DNA from: an uncultured Atopobiaceae bacterium | GTDB taxonomy: Bacteria; Actinomycetota; Coriobacteriia; Coriobacteriales; Atopobiaceae | Assembly: GCA_944320385.1 (NCBI GenBank) | Contig: CALUHH010000003.1 | Span: forward strand, 14,638-78,637 | Length of the DNA: 64,000 nucleotides | Direction: 5' to 3' | Part shown: in pieces, positions 31,301-41,638 of the stretch | How the letters are laid out: every line of letters begins with the position of its first letter | Position numbering within the stretch: position 1 is the stretch's first letter | Made by a program: the position numbers and the translations under genes | Notes under the pieces: model-generated | Databases searched by the model: none | The model's input: only the letters and a program-made list of their open reading frames with translations | What the model was told of the DNA's origin: nothing

Positions 31301-31637
31301 TCAATTGCGCTCTAGGCTAGCGCGCCGCTGGAAATATCGGGGCCAGGACCGGTAATGTTGACTCCATCCAGCGTGATGGTCGTCGTTGCGCCTTCCGCAA
31401 CCACAATGCGGTCGCTAGTCAGCCCCGTCGCCCCGTCGGCCATGGAGACGGCGATGTCCGCGCCGTCGTTGACGGTGAGGACGCCGTCGGAGTAGGAGTA
31501 GCCCTCGCTGTCGCCGGTCACCTCGAAGGCGCCGGCCGTGGCCGCCCGCGCGACGGCGGGCGCGGCGCTAACGGCGAGCAGGGCACCCAGCGCTAGAGCG
31601 ACCCCCGCCCCCTGATGATCTTCTGTATCGCACCCAT
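28371..31637 (-). pseudogene. Disrupted cell-surface protein: signal peptide, Gly-rich beta-solenoid-like region, Ig-like repeats, YDG-like domain, C-terminal SLH repeats
   Basis: AGGAGG RBS at 31645-31650 then ATG 31637 (MGAIQKIIRG). Frameshift in the G5 runs at 31602-31612; in-frame TAG at 31312-31314; frameshift near 30905 (TYRFG vs VWGNLTLP); frameshift near 28848 (EARERC vs LRYECSG). SLH-like AWYAGAVARA...FGPDDPLTREQAAAVL and SEWAIGAVSWAVAEGVLHG. Confidence 0.85.
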
Positions 31638-31912
31638 GCGCTGACCTCCTCGTCAAGGGCGCCTGCAGCGCCCGCTCTTCTCGGTCTTCCCTTGATTATC
31701 GGGGAGCGGGTCGCGGGAGCGCAACACCCGGGGACCGAATGGTCGCCTCTGCGTCCGAATGGTCGGCCGCCACCCCGCCGGGCGCGGGCGGCCCTACGCA
31801 TGAGGAACATTTCCCAAGCGCGTGAATATGGCCACCTGCCTGCGGTTCCTATCATTTGCGCAGATGGGTCGCCGGCAAAGAGACGCGCTTGCGGGGACAA
31901 CGGGTGAGGGAC

Positions 31913-32034
31913 TGAGGGTGTGTACACCCCACCGGCAAGCCCGTTCTTCTCGGCAGCCCTTTTACCTGCGAAAACGTCATTCATCAGAGTTCGGATGGTG
32001 TACATACCCTCAAGAGATGGCGTACATACCCTCC
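31913..32034. repeat. GTGTACAC-type inverted-repeat element (family C, copy 1)
   Basis: TGAGGGTGTGTACACC (31913-31928) faces GGTGTACATACCCTCA (31997-32012) and GGCGTACATACCCTCC (32019-32034); internal CCGTTCTTCTCG and TTTACCTGCGAAAAC. Confidence 0.8.
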
Positions 32035-32039
32035 TGCCG

Positions 32040-32375
32040 TCAGCTCACGAGGACGTACCTGTGATTGCGGCTGGTCTCCCCCGCCGTGGGAGCGACCTTC
32101 CCCCGCTCTATGAGCTTGGGGAGCAGGTAGCGAATGCGGGCGACGCCGACGCCGATCCTCTCGGCAAGCTCTCGGGAGCTGGTGGGACGCTGGGCGTCCC
32201 GCTCCATCAGGATTCTCTCCTCGAGGAAGTAGGTGTCCAACGAGGGCGCAACGGGCTCAGACGCCTGTGCGGCCACGGCTCCCGGCATCTCTCGGCGCAG
32301 GATGACCGTAAACGAGTCCACCGTGACCCTTAACTCCGGGGCGGGCAGCGAGCGCGCCGCAATCTCACGAATCAT
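32040..32375 (-). pseudogene. C-terminal remnant of an ATP-binding / winged-HTH regulator
   Basis: PAPELRVTVDSFTVIL followed by wHTH SSRELAERIGVGVARIRYLLPKLIERGKV...TSRNHRY. The frame closes 4 codons upstream at a TAA inside the family B element; no RBS seen. Confidence 0.5.
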
Positions 32376-32385
32376 GTAGTCGGCT

Positions 32386-32542
32386 TACACAAAAGGCGAT
32401 TTGTGCGCGCGGCTGAGGAGAGCCGTGGAGCCGCTTGTTCTTGTCGATAAAGAAATTATGCTAAAGATTTAGCCTCAGACCACCAGGGCTCGTCAAGAGC
32501 GAGAAGTGCGGGCCGCCCGGCACACAAATCCTCATTTGTGTG
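32386..32542. repeat. Family B element, divergent inverted copy (copy 3)
   Basis: TACACAAAAGGCGATTTGTG (from 32386) and CACACAAATCCTCATTTGTGTG (32521-32542) flank the reverse complement of core TTTATCGACAAGAACAAGCGGCTCCACGG. Confidence 0.82.
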
Positions 32543-32579
32543 CCGGGCGGCCACTACCTCAGAGTATGGAGTCTACGCC

Positions 32580-34820
<2,241 letters not shown>

Positions 34821-34903
34821 ATCTTTTCCCTTATCTCCGCCTGCCCCATTGCAGGCGGGCCGTCGTGGCGGCCGCGCTTGCGACCGCCGCCCGCTGCGCG
34901 GGC

Positions 34904-34940
34904 TAAACCAAAAGAGGGGGCACCCGCGGGCGCCCCCTCG
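34904..34940 (-). terminator. Intrinsic terminator after rpsO
   Basis: GAGGGGGC...GCCCCCTC stem followed on the minus strand by TTTTGGTTT. Confidence 0.65.
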
Positions 34941-34949
34941 TAAAGCCGC

Positions 34950-35228
34950 TTACTGGATGTTGTCGCGGATGCCGAGGCTCTTGATGAGGGTACGGTAGGC
35001 CTCGATGTCGTTGCTCTTGATGTAGGAGAGCAGGCGACGACGCTTGCCGACGAGCATCAGGAGGCCGCGACGGGTGTGGAAGTCCTTCTTGTGGGTCTTC
35101 ATGTGCTCGGTCAGGCCCTTGATGCGCTCGGTGAGCAGGGCGACCTGCACGGCCGCGGAACCGGAGTCCTTCTCGTCCTTGCCGTACTGGGCGACGAGCT
35201 CGGCCTTGCGCTCCTTGGTAACTGCCAT
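34950..35228 (-). CDS. rpsO: 30S ribosomal protein S15
   Basis: [16 protein letters not shown]...[26 protein letters not shown]. Confidence 0.99.
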   Translation of the reverse strand: MAVTKERKAELVAQYGKDEKDSGSAAVQVALLTERIKGLTEHMKTHKKDFHTRRGLLMLVGKRRRLLSYIKSNDIEAYRTLIKSLGIRDNIQ

Positions 35229-35414
35229 TGTCAAAACCACCTTTCACATAGATTCGCCCCGAACCGGGATGGCCGTCAGGTGTGGGCGGGCCGCCAGGTA
35301 CGGGGTACTGACCTGTGGCAGTGTAGCACAAGCGCGGGCGCCGGTCCTTCTCGGCAGAAAATCCACGAGACGCGCGTGTGCGACGGCGCTTGCGGGGAGG
35401 AGGCGGCCCCCTTA

Positions 35415-35557
35415 TGAGGGTGTGTACACCGCCCCTGTAGGGTATGTACACCAGGCCTCACGGCACTTCTCGCAAAAGCGCAGGTCAGAGCGCTGGCGAG
35501 AAGAACGGGCGGGTCGGATGACTGTACATACCCTGAGGGGCGGTGTACACACCCTCA
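35415..35557. repeat. 143-bp MITE-like element with ~36-bp terminal inverted repeats (family C, copy 2)
   Basis: TGAGGGTGTGTACACCGCCCCT (35415-35436) is a perfect 22-bp IR with 35536-35557, extended by a second AGGGTATGTACA unit on each side; overlaps the stop codon of the C26 gene. Confidence 0.85.
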
Positions 35558-36277
35558 CGAGAGGGAGGCCGCCTCCACCAGGGCCGAGAAGATCTTGCGG
35601 CTGGGCTCGTCGACGACGTGCGCAAACTCGGGGTGCCACTGGACCGCCCAGCAGAAGCGCGACGCCGGGCGCCACACGGCCTCGACCACGCCGTCCGGGG
35701 CCGTCGCCATGACCTCCAGGCCCGGCGCCACGTCGCGCAGCGCCTGGTGGTGGAAGCTGTTGACCGGCAGCGCGCCGGCGCCCACGCAGGCGGCGAGCGG
35801 CGTGCCGGGGAGCACGTCGACCTCGTGGACCGGGTTCTCGTAGGGCGCCTTCCCGTGGTGCTCAACGTTGGAGGGCAGCTGCGCAGGCAGGTCCTGCCAG
35901 AGCGTGCCGCCCAGGACGACGTTGAGGGCCTGCAGTCCGCGGCAGATGCCGAGCAGCGGCAGGTCGCGCTCGAGCGCCGCCGGGACGAGCAGCGCCTCCA
36001 TCGCGTCGCGCTCGCGGCAAAGCTCGCCGCAGAGAGCGACCTGTCCGGGGTCGTCCGCACCATAGCGGGCCGGGTCGACATCCTGGCCGCCGGTCACGAC
36101 GAGCCCGTCGAGGGCGTCGAGCAGGCGCGCCACGGCCGCGGGGTCGGAGGTGAGCGGCAGCATCACGGGCACGCCGCCCGCCTCGGCGACGGCGTCGAAG
36201 TAGCCCGGGAGCATCCACAGGCTCTCGCGGGCGTAGTCGACGAGCGGCACGCAGCCGATCAGAGGCTTATCTGGCAT
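35555..36277 (-). CDS. Gamma-glutamyl-gamma-aminobutyrate hydrolase family (peptidase C26 / class I glutamine amidotransferase)
   Basis: DGLVVTGGQDVDPARYG, PLLGICRGLQALNV, VNSFHHQA and AVQWHPE (Cys-His-Glu triad). Confidence 0.93.
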   Translation of the reverse strand: MPDKPLIGCVPLVDYARESLWMLPGYFDAVAEAGGVPVMLPLTSDPAAVARLLDALDGLVVTGGQDVDPARYGADDPGQVALCGELCRERDAMEALLVPAALERDLPLLGICRGLQALNVVLGGTLWQDLPAQLPSNVEHHGKAPYENPVHEVDVLPGTPLAACVGAGALPVNSFHHQALRDVAPGLEVMATAPDGVVEAVWRPASRFCWAVQWHPEFAHVVDEPSRKIFSALVEAASLS

Positions 36278-36378
36278 GGGGCGCACTCCCCTCTCGCGGG
36301 TGTCAGGGCACGGCCGCCCATTATGCCGCATCGCGCGCGGGGCCGCGCCGGACCGCGCAGGCCCCGGCATTAATCCCC

Positions 36379-36472
36379 GAGAAATGTACGACCATTCTCA
36401 GTGAGGCCATTCCGTTAATTTAACTCCATAGCTCAATGGTTTACTGTCAAGGGAAACGGTCGTACATTTCTC
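36379..36472. repeat. 94-bp AT-rich element with 15-bp perfect terminal inverted repeats
   Basis: GAGAAATGTACGACC (36379-36393) pairs with GGTCGTACATTTCTC (36458-36472); interior visibly AT-rich; CCC flanks both sides. Confidence 0.7.
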
Positions 36473-36529
36473 CCCTTGGGGTGCGGGGCGCGCGAGGCGC
36501 TCGGCCCGCGGCCCGCGGCCCCGCCGCAC

Positions 36530-37282
36530 TCACAGGGCGCCGAGGTAGAACTCCCAGGCGCGCAGGCGCGCGTCGAGGTGAGTGGCGGCCCAGGAGTGGA
36601 CGACGCCCAGCAGGAAGAGGGCCGTCTCGGCGTCGACCTGGGCGGCGAGCAGCTCGTCGAAGGTGAGGCGCAGCAGGGCCCGCAGCCACGCGAGCCCAGC
36701 CGACGAGACGCTCTGGGCCCCGGCCACCTCCCGGGCGCAGCTCTCGCAGAGCGCCCCTCCCGCAGCGGGCGAGAAGAACGTCACGTCCGCGTCCCCGCAG
36801 GCGCAGCACGCGTCGAGCTCGGGGCGCCAGCCCCCGTGGGCGAGCACCTTCCACGCGTGCGCGGCCACCACGAGGTCGAGGTGCGCGCGGTCCGCCGCCT
36901 GCTCGCAGGCGGTGAGCGCGCGCGAGCAGATGGGGTGCAGAAAGCCGTCCGGCGCGTCCTCGAAGCAGGTGAGGCGCGCGACCTCGGCCACGGCGCTCGC
37001 GGCGGCCACGCGGTCGAAGTCGCCGCGCAGGCGCGGGTGGGCGTTTACGAGCGCGGCCTCGCTCACCACGTCGAGGCTGCGCCCCTCGGCGAGCAGCAGG
37101 TCGCACTCGCAGAAGAGCTCCACGCGCGCGGCCAGGCGCCCGCCCGGCTTGCGCGCGCCCTTCGCGACGGCGCGGCGCTGGGAGCCGTCCTCGGCGAGCA
37201 GCGTCAGGATGAGGTCCGTCTCGCCGAGCTTGGTGCGGTCGAGCACGACGGCGCGCGTCCGATAGGTGCGCCTGCCGGCCAC
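36530..37282 (-). CDS. recO: DNA repair protein RecO
   Basis: RAVVLDRTKLGETDLILTLL...AVAKGARKP, zinc motif CCACG...ALCESC; downstream of era. Confidence 0.95.
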   Translation of the reverse strand: MAGRRTYRTRAVVLDRTKLGETDLILTLLAEDGSQRRAVAKGARKPGGRLAARVELFCECDLLLAEGRSLDVVSEAALVNAHPRLRGDFDRVAAASAVAEVARLTCFEDAPDGFLHPICSRALTACEQAADRAHLDLVVAAHAWKVLAHGGWRPELDACCACGDADVTFFSPAAGGALCESCAREVAGAQSVSSAGLAWLRALLRLTFDELLAAQVDAETALFLLGVVHSWAATHLDARLRAWEFYLGAL

Positions 37283-37283
37283 G

Positions 37284-38210
37284 CTACTCCTCCAGGCCGT
37301 AGCCGAGGCGCCGGATCTCGCGCTCGTCGCGGCGCCACTGCGGGGCCACGCGCACCGTGAGGTCGAGGAAGACCTTGCAGCCGAGCAGCCGCTCGATGTC
37401 GCGGCGCGCCTCGATGCCCACGCGCTTGATCATCTGGCCGCCGCGGCCGAGCACGATGCCCTTCTGGCCGTCGCGCTCCACGAGGATCGTGGCCGCGATC
37501 GAGGCGTGGCCGTCGTCGGCGTAGTCGATCTCGTCGCAGAGCACCCCCACCGAGTGCGGAAGCTCCTGGCGAAGGTGCAAGAAGAGCTTCTCGCGCACGA
37601 ACTCGGCCACGAGGTCCTCGGGCGTGGCGTCCACGTCCATCCCCTCCGGGAACCACCGCGGACCCTCGGGCAGGTGCTCGGAGACCAGGGCGAGAAACGC
37701 GTCGACGTTGAAGCCCTCGGTCGCGGAGACCACAAGCTCGTCGTCGAAGCGGCACAGGGCCCGGGCGGCCTCGAGCTGCGCGGAGACCTGCTCGGGGCCG
37801 GCGATGTCGGCCTTGGTGAGCACGAGCAGCTTGTAGTCAGCCTCGGCCGAGTCGACGTGGCGCGCCACCCACTCGTCGCCGCGGCCCACGGGCTTGGTGG
37901 CGTCCACGAGGAAGGCCACGACGTCGGCGTCGGCGAGCTCGGCGAGCGCCGCCTTGTTGAGCTCGGAGCCCAGGGCGTCCTTGGGCTTGTGCAGGCCCGG
38001 CGTGTCGATGATCACGAGCTGGGACCCCGGCGTGTTGATGACCGCGCGCGTGCGGCGGCGCGTGGTCTGGGCCACGGGGCTCGTGATGGCGACCTTCTCG
38101 CCCATGCAGGCGTTGAGCAGCGTGGACTTGCCGGCGTTGGGCCGGCCCACCAGGGCGACGAATCCGCTGCGGAACTCCGCGTCCTTCTCGCCTGCGTTCT
38201 TATGTGCCAT
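37284..38210 (-). CDS. era: GTPase Era
   Basis: SGFVALVGRPNAGKSTLLN, QTTR, DTPGLH, TKAD, KH domain QKGIVLGRGG. Confidence 0.97.
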   Translation of the reverse strand: MAHKNAGEKDAEFRSGFVALVGRPNAGKSTLLNACMGEKVAITSPVAQTTRRRTRAVINTPGSQLVIIDTPGLHKPKDALGSELNKAALAELADADVVAFLVDATKPVGRGDEWVARHVDSAEADYKLLVLTKADIAGPEQVSAQLEAARALCRFDDELVVSATEGFNVDAFLALVSEHLPEGPRWFPEGMDVDATPEDLVAEFVREKLFLHLRQELPHSVGVLCDEIDYADDGHASIAATILVERDGQKGIVLGRGGQMIKRVGIEARRDIERLLGCKVFLDLTVRVAPQWRRDEREIRRLGYGLEE

Positions 38211-38233
38211 GAAACCTCCCCGGGGCCGCGCCC

Positions 38234-38608
38234 CTAGCTGAAAAGGGCGTTGGCGTAGACGAGCACGCCCACGATCGCGACGACAAACGACAGGAACCAC
38301 ACCGCCGCGGCCGCGATGTCCTTGGCGCGCCCGGCGAGGGGGTGGAACTCCGGCGAGACGAGGTCCACGACGGTCTCGATCGCCGTGTTGAAGAGCTCCG
38401 CCATGATGACCACGGCGCAGCACAGCAAGATGATCGCCCAGCTCAAGAGGTCGATCTGCAGCACGATGCCGGCCACGACCGCGAGCGCGCCCACGGCGAG
38501 CATGACCTTGATGTTGCGCTCGGTGACGACGGCGGTCCTGAAGCCCTGGATCGCAAAGAGGAAGCTCTTGCGGAAGCCCGGGTGGTCGCTCTTGGAGCCG
38601 GGTATCAT
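38234..38608 (-). CDS. dgkA: Diacylglycerol/undecaprenol kinase family protein (DgkA)
   Basis: SFLFAIQGF...ERNIK, AELFNTAIETVVDL, AKDIAAAAV. Confidence 0.92.
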   Translation of the reverse strand: MIPGSKSDHPGFRKSFLFAIQGFRTAVVTERNIKVMLAVGALAVVAGIVLQIDLLSWAIILLCCAVVIMAELFNTAIETVVDLVSPEFHPLAGRAKDIAAAAVWFLSFVVAIVGVLVYANALFS

Positions 38609-39114
38609 GCGTCGCCGTCCTCGCGGTGGCGGGTGAGCGTGACGTGGTCGATCGGCCGGTCGCACGGCATGAGGGCCAGGAGCGCCTCCTCGCGCGCCTC
38701 CATGGCGGACGCCTCCTCGTCGTCGAGGTGGTCGTAGCCGAGCAGGTGCAGCAGGCCGTGGGTGAGCAGCAGCCGGAACTCGTCAGCCTCGGTGGTGCCG
38801 AACGCGGCCGCCTGGCGCGCGATGTAGGCCGGCGCGAGCACGATGTCGCCGAGCTCGCAGGGCTCGCCCGGCGCGAGGTCGGGGTCGTCGGGGCGCTCGC
38901 ACTCGAGGCTGATCACGTCGGTGGCGCGGTCGACGTCGCGCCAGGCGTCGTTGAGCGCGCGGATGCGCTCCTCGCTCACCACCGAGATCGAGACCATGCA
39001 GGGCCGCCCCGCGCCCTCCTGGGAAAGGACGACGTCGCAGTCCGCGCAGATCTCCTCGTCGCTGATGGGGGCGCGAACGCCCTCCTCGCACGAGAGGTCG
39101 TACTCATTTTCCAT
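38605..39114 (-). CDS. ybeY: rRNA maturation RNase YbeY
   Basis: ATDVISL, LGDIVL and zinc motif THGLLHLLGYDH. Confidence 0.95.
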   Translation of the reverse strand: MENEYDLSCEEGVRAPISDEEICADCDVVLSQEGAGRPCMVSISVVSEERIRALNDAWRDVDRATDVISLECERPDDPDLAPGEPCELGDIVLAPAYIARQAAAFGTTEADEFRLLLTHGLLHLLGYDHLDDEEASAMEAREEALLALMPCDRPIDHVTLTRHREDGDA

Positions 39115-40072
39115 GGCCTGCCTCCTTTGCCGCCGCCTGGGCCGCGTAGGCGTCCACGATGCGCGCCACGAGGGTGTGGCGGACGATGTCGTTGCGGTCG
39201 AGGTCCACGAAGGCGATGTCGTCGATGCCGTCGAGCACGCGGCGCGCGCTCTCGAGCCCGCCCACGCCGGAGACGTCGCGCTGCGAGGCGTCGCCCGTGA
39301 CCACGAACTTGGACGAGAAGCCCAGGCGCGTGAGGAACATCTTCATCTGCTCGGGCGTGGTGTTCTGCGCCTCGTCGAGGATGACGAAGGCGTTGTTGAA
39401 GGTGCGGCCGCGCATGAACGCGAGCGGGGCGATCTCGATGACGCCCTGCTCGATGAGGGCGTTGCCCTTGCCCATGTCCGTCATGTCGAAGAGCGCGTCG
39501 TAGAGCGGGCGCACGTAGGGGTCGAGCTTCTCCTCGAGGGTGCCGGGCAGGTAGCCGAGCGACTCCCCCGCCTCCACGACCGGGCGCGTGAGCACGATCC
39601 GGCCCACCTCGCGGCGCTTGAGGGCGGCCACCGCCATGGCCATGGCGAGGTAGGTCTTGCCCGTGCCCGCCGGTCCGATGCCAAAGGTGACCGTGTTGGT
39701 GCGGATGGACTCGACGTAGCGCTTCTGGCCCGCCGTCTTGGGGCGGATCGCCCGGCCGTGATAGGTGAGCAGGATGTCGTCGCCGGCGAGGTCCAGGCGC
39801 TGCGCCCCGTGGCGGACCTGGTCGACCACGAGGTCCACGTCGTCGGGCGTGGGCGCCTCCCCCGCCTCGACCAGGCGGATCAGGCGCGAGAAGACCGAGG
39901 TCAGCTGGTCGACGACCTCGACGGGGCCCGAGAGCGCGACCTGGTTGCCGCGCACCGAGATCATGGCGTCGAAGGCGTCCTCGATGCGGCGCAGCAGGGA
40001 GTCGGCCGGCCCCATCAGCGTGGTCGGGTCGACCGAGTCGGGTATGGTGAGTCTGACCTGGGTGGGCTCCAT
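39104..40072 (-). CDS. phoH: PhoH family ATPase
   Basis: GPAGTGKTYLA, TRPVVEAGESLGYLPG, IAPLAFMRGRT and LDEAQNTT motifs; start MEPTQ. Confidence 0.95.
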   Translation of the reverse strand: MEPTQVRLTIPDSVDPTTLMGPADSLLRRIEDAFDAMISVRGNQVALSGPVEVVDQLTSVFSRLIRLVEAGEAPTPDDVDLVVDQVRHGAQRLDLAGDDILLTYHGRAIRPKTAGQKRYVESIRTNTVTFGIGPAGTGKTYLAMAMAVAALKRREVGRIVLTRPVVEAGESLGYLPGTLEEKLDPYVRPLYDALFDMTDMGKGNALIEQGVIEIAPLAFMRGRTFNNAFVILDEAQNTTPEQMKMFLTRLGFSSKFVVTGDASQRDVSGVGGLESARRVLDGIDDIAFVDLDRNDIVRHTLVARIVDAYAAQAAAKEAGHGK

Positions 40073-40198
40073 GCTCCTCCTGTGACGGCGGTTGCTACCC
40101 TGATGATACCCGAACGGCGGCGCGGCGGGCGGCCCGGCGCCGGGGCCTTGGCGGCGGCGTTGTGCGCACAACGCCGGGGAGAGGCGCGGGCGCTGGTG

Positions 40199-40268
40199 GT
40201 GGGACACTCACCCCGGAGGTTTCTGTCCCACAAAGGTGGGACAGAAACCTCCGGGGTGAGTGTCCCAC
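40199..40268. repeat. Perfect 33-bp-arm palindrome (70 bp)
   Basis: GTGGGACACTCACCCCGGAGGTTTCTGTCCCAC-AAAG-GTGGGACAGAAACCTCCGGGGTGAGTGTCCCAC, followed by a partial extra GGGGTGAGTGCCC. Confidence 0.92.
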
Positions 40269-40282
40269 TGGGGTGAGTGCCC

Positions 40283-41638
40283 CTAGAGCAGCTCGGCGGC
40301 GAGGGTGGCGTCGGGCGAGACACCGACGAGGCGCACCGGGACGAGCGAGTCCACCGGCACCGAGGGGTCGAGCGTCACGTCGAAGAGGCCGCCGGTCACG
40401 CCGCGGCCGGGGTACTGCACCACCACGAGGTCCTTCTCGCCCACCAGGCGGCGCGCCTCGGCCAGGCGCAGCTCGTCGGCAAGCGCGCGGGCCCGGGCTC
40501 CGCGCTCGGCCATCACGTGCGGGTCCACCTGGCCGGGCATCGTCGCGGCGGGGGTGCCGGGGCGGCGCGAGTAGCGGAAGACGTGCATCTTGGCGAAGCG
40601 CATCTCGCGGCAGAAGGCGAGGCTCTGGTCAAAGTCCGCGTCCGTCTCGCCGGGAAAGCCCACGATGAGGTCCGTGCCCAGGGCGACGCCCGGCACGTGC
40701 TCGCGCGCGGTCTCGACCACGCGGCGGAAGAGGTCGGTGCGGTAGACGCGCGCCATGCGGCGCAGGGTCTCGTCGCAGCCGGACTGCAGGCAGACGTGAA
40801 GGAACGGCGCCACGCGCTCGCCGGCAGCGGCCATCGTGGCGCAGAGCTCGGGCGTGACGTCGGGCGGCTCGATCGAGGAGAGGCGGACGCGCTCCACGTC
40901 CGTGCGCTCGAGCAGCAGGTCGAGAAGGCCCGGCAGCCCGAGCTCGCGGCCGTCCGGGCCGGCGGCGCGGTAGCACCCCAGGTTGATGCCCGTGAGCACG
41001 ACCTCGCGCGCGCCGCGCCCCTGGGCCTGGCGCACGGCGAGAAGGACCTCGTCGGCGGCGACCGAGCGCGCCTTGCCGCGCGCCTTCCAGACGATGCAGT
41101 AGGTGCAGCGGTTGTCGCAGCCGTCCTGGACCTTGATGCCGGGGCGGGTGCGGCCGGTGGGCGTGGGCGTGGCGGCGGCCGCGCAGCCCTCGAGCATGCC
41201 GGTGCGGACGGAATCGTCGCCCGCCGGGGCGGAATCTGTCCTGTGCGGCATGCTCGGCGCACCGGCACCCTCGGGTGAGAAGGACGCGAGGCCCAGGCGC
41301 TCGATCACGAGGCCGGCCACGCGCGCCTTGTCGCGCTCGACCACCACGTTGGGCGCGAGCGCGGCGAGCTCGTCAGCAAACAGGCTCGCCACGCAGCCGG
41401 TGGCCACCACGAGCGGCTCCCCCGGCTGCGACGCCGCGCGGCGCACGGCCTTGCGCGCCTTGGCCTCGGCCTCGCCGGTGACGGCGCAGGTGTTCACCAC
41501 GATCGCGTCCGCCTCGCACTCGTCGGCGAGGCGCGCGCCGGCACGCTCGAGCTCGGAGGCCATGAGGTCGAGCTCCACGCGGTTGACGCGGCATCCCAGG
41601 TTGACGAGGGCGACCGCGGGCGCGGCCGGCGTCGTCAC
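40283..41638 (-). CDS. mtaB: MtaB-like methylthiotransferase (radical SAM)
   Basis: [44 protein letters not shown] and RLSSIEP motifs; downstream of dnaJ. Distinct miaB and rimO are present elsewhere in the window. Confidence 0.85.
   Translation of the reverse strand: MTTPAAPAVALVNLGCRVNRVELDLMASELERAGARLADECEADAIVVNTCAVTGEAEAKARKAVRRAASQPGEPLVVATGCVASLFADELAALAPNVVVERDKARVAGLVIERLGLASFSPEGAGAPSMPHRTDSAPAGDDSVRTGMLEGCAAAATPTPTGRTRPGIKVQDGCDNRCTYCIVWKARGKARSVAADEVLLAVRQAQGRGAREVVLTGINLGCYRAAGPDGRELGLPGLLDLLLERTDVERVRLSSIEPPDVTPELCATMAAAGERVAPFLHVCLQSGCDETLRRMARVYRTDLFRRVVETAREHVPGVALGTDLIVGFPGETDADFDQSLAFCREMRFAKMHVFRYSRRPGTPAATMPGQVDPHVMAERGARARALADELRLAEARRLVGEKDLVVVQYPGRGVTGGLFDVTLDPSVPVDSLVPVRLVGVSPDATLAAELL

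Noticed and set aside
31312-31314. Programmed amber read-through (pyrrolysine) in the surface protein
   Set aside because: The same gene has three frameshifts and no pyl genes are in the window; a nonsense mutation is simpler.
28100-32542. Prophage or integrative element between rnj and pnp
   Set aside because: No integrase, att-like direct repeats, tRNA target or phage genes; only decayed accessory genes and short repeats.
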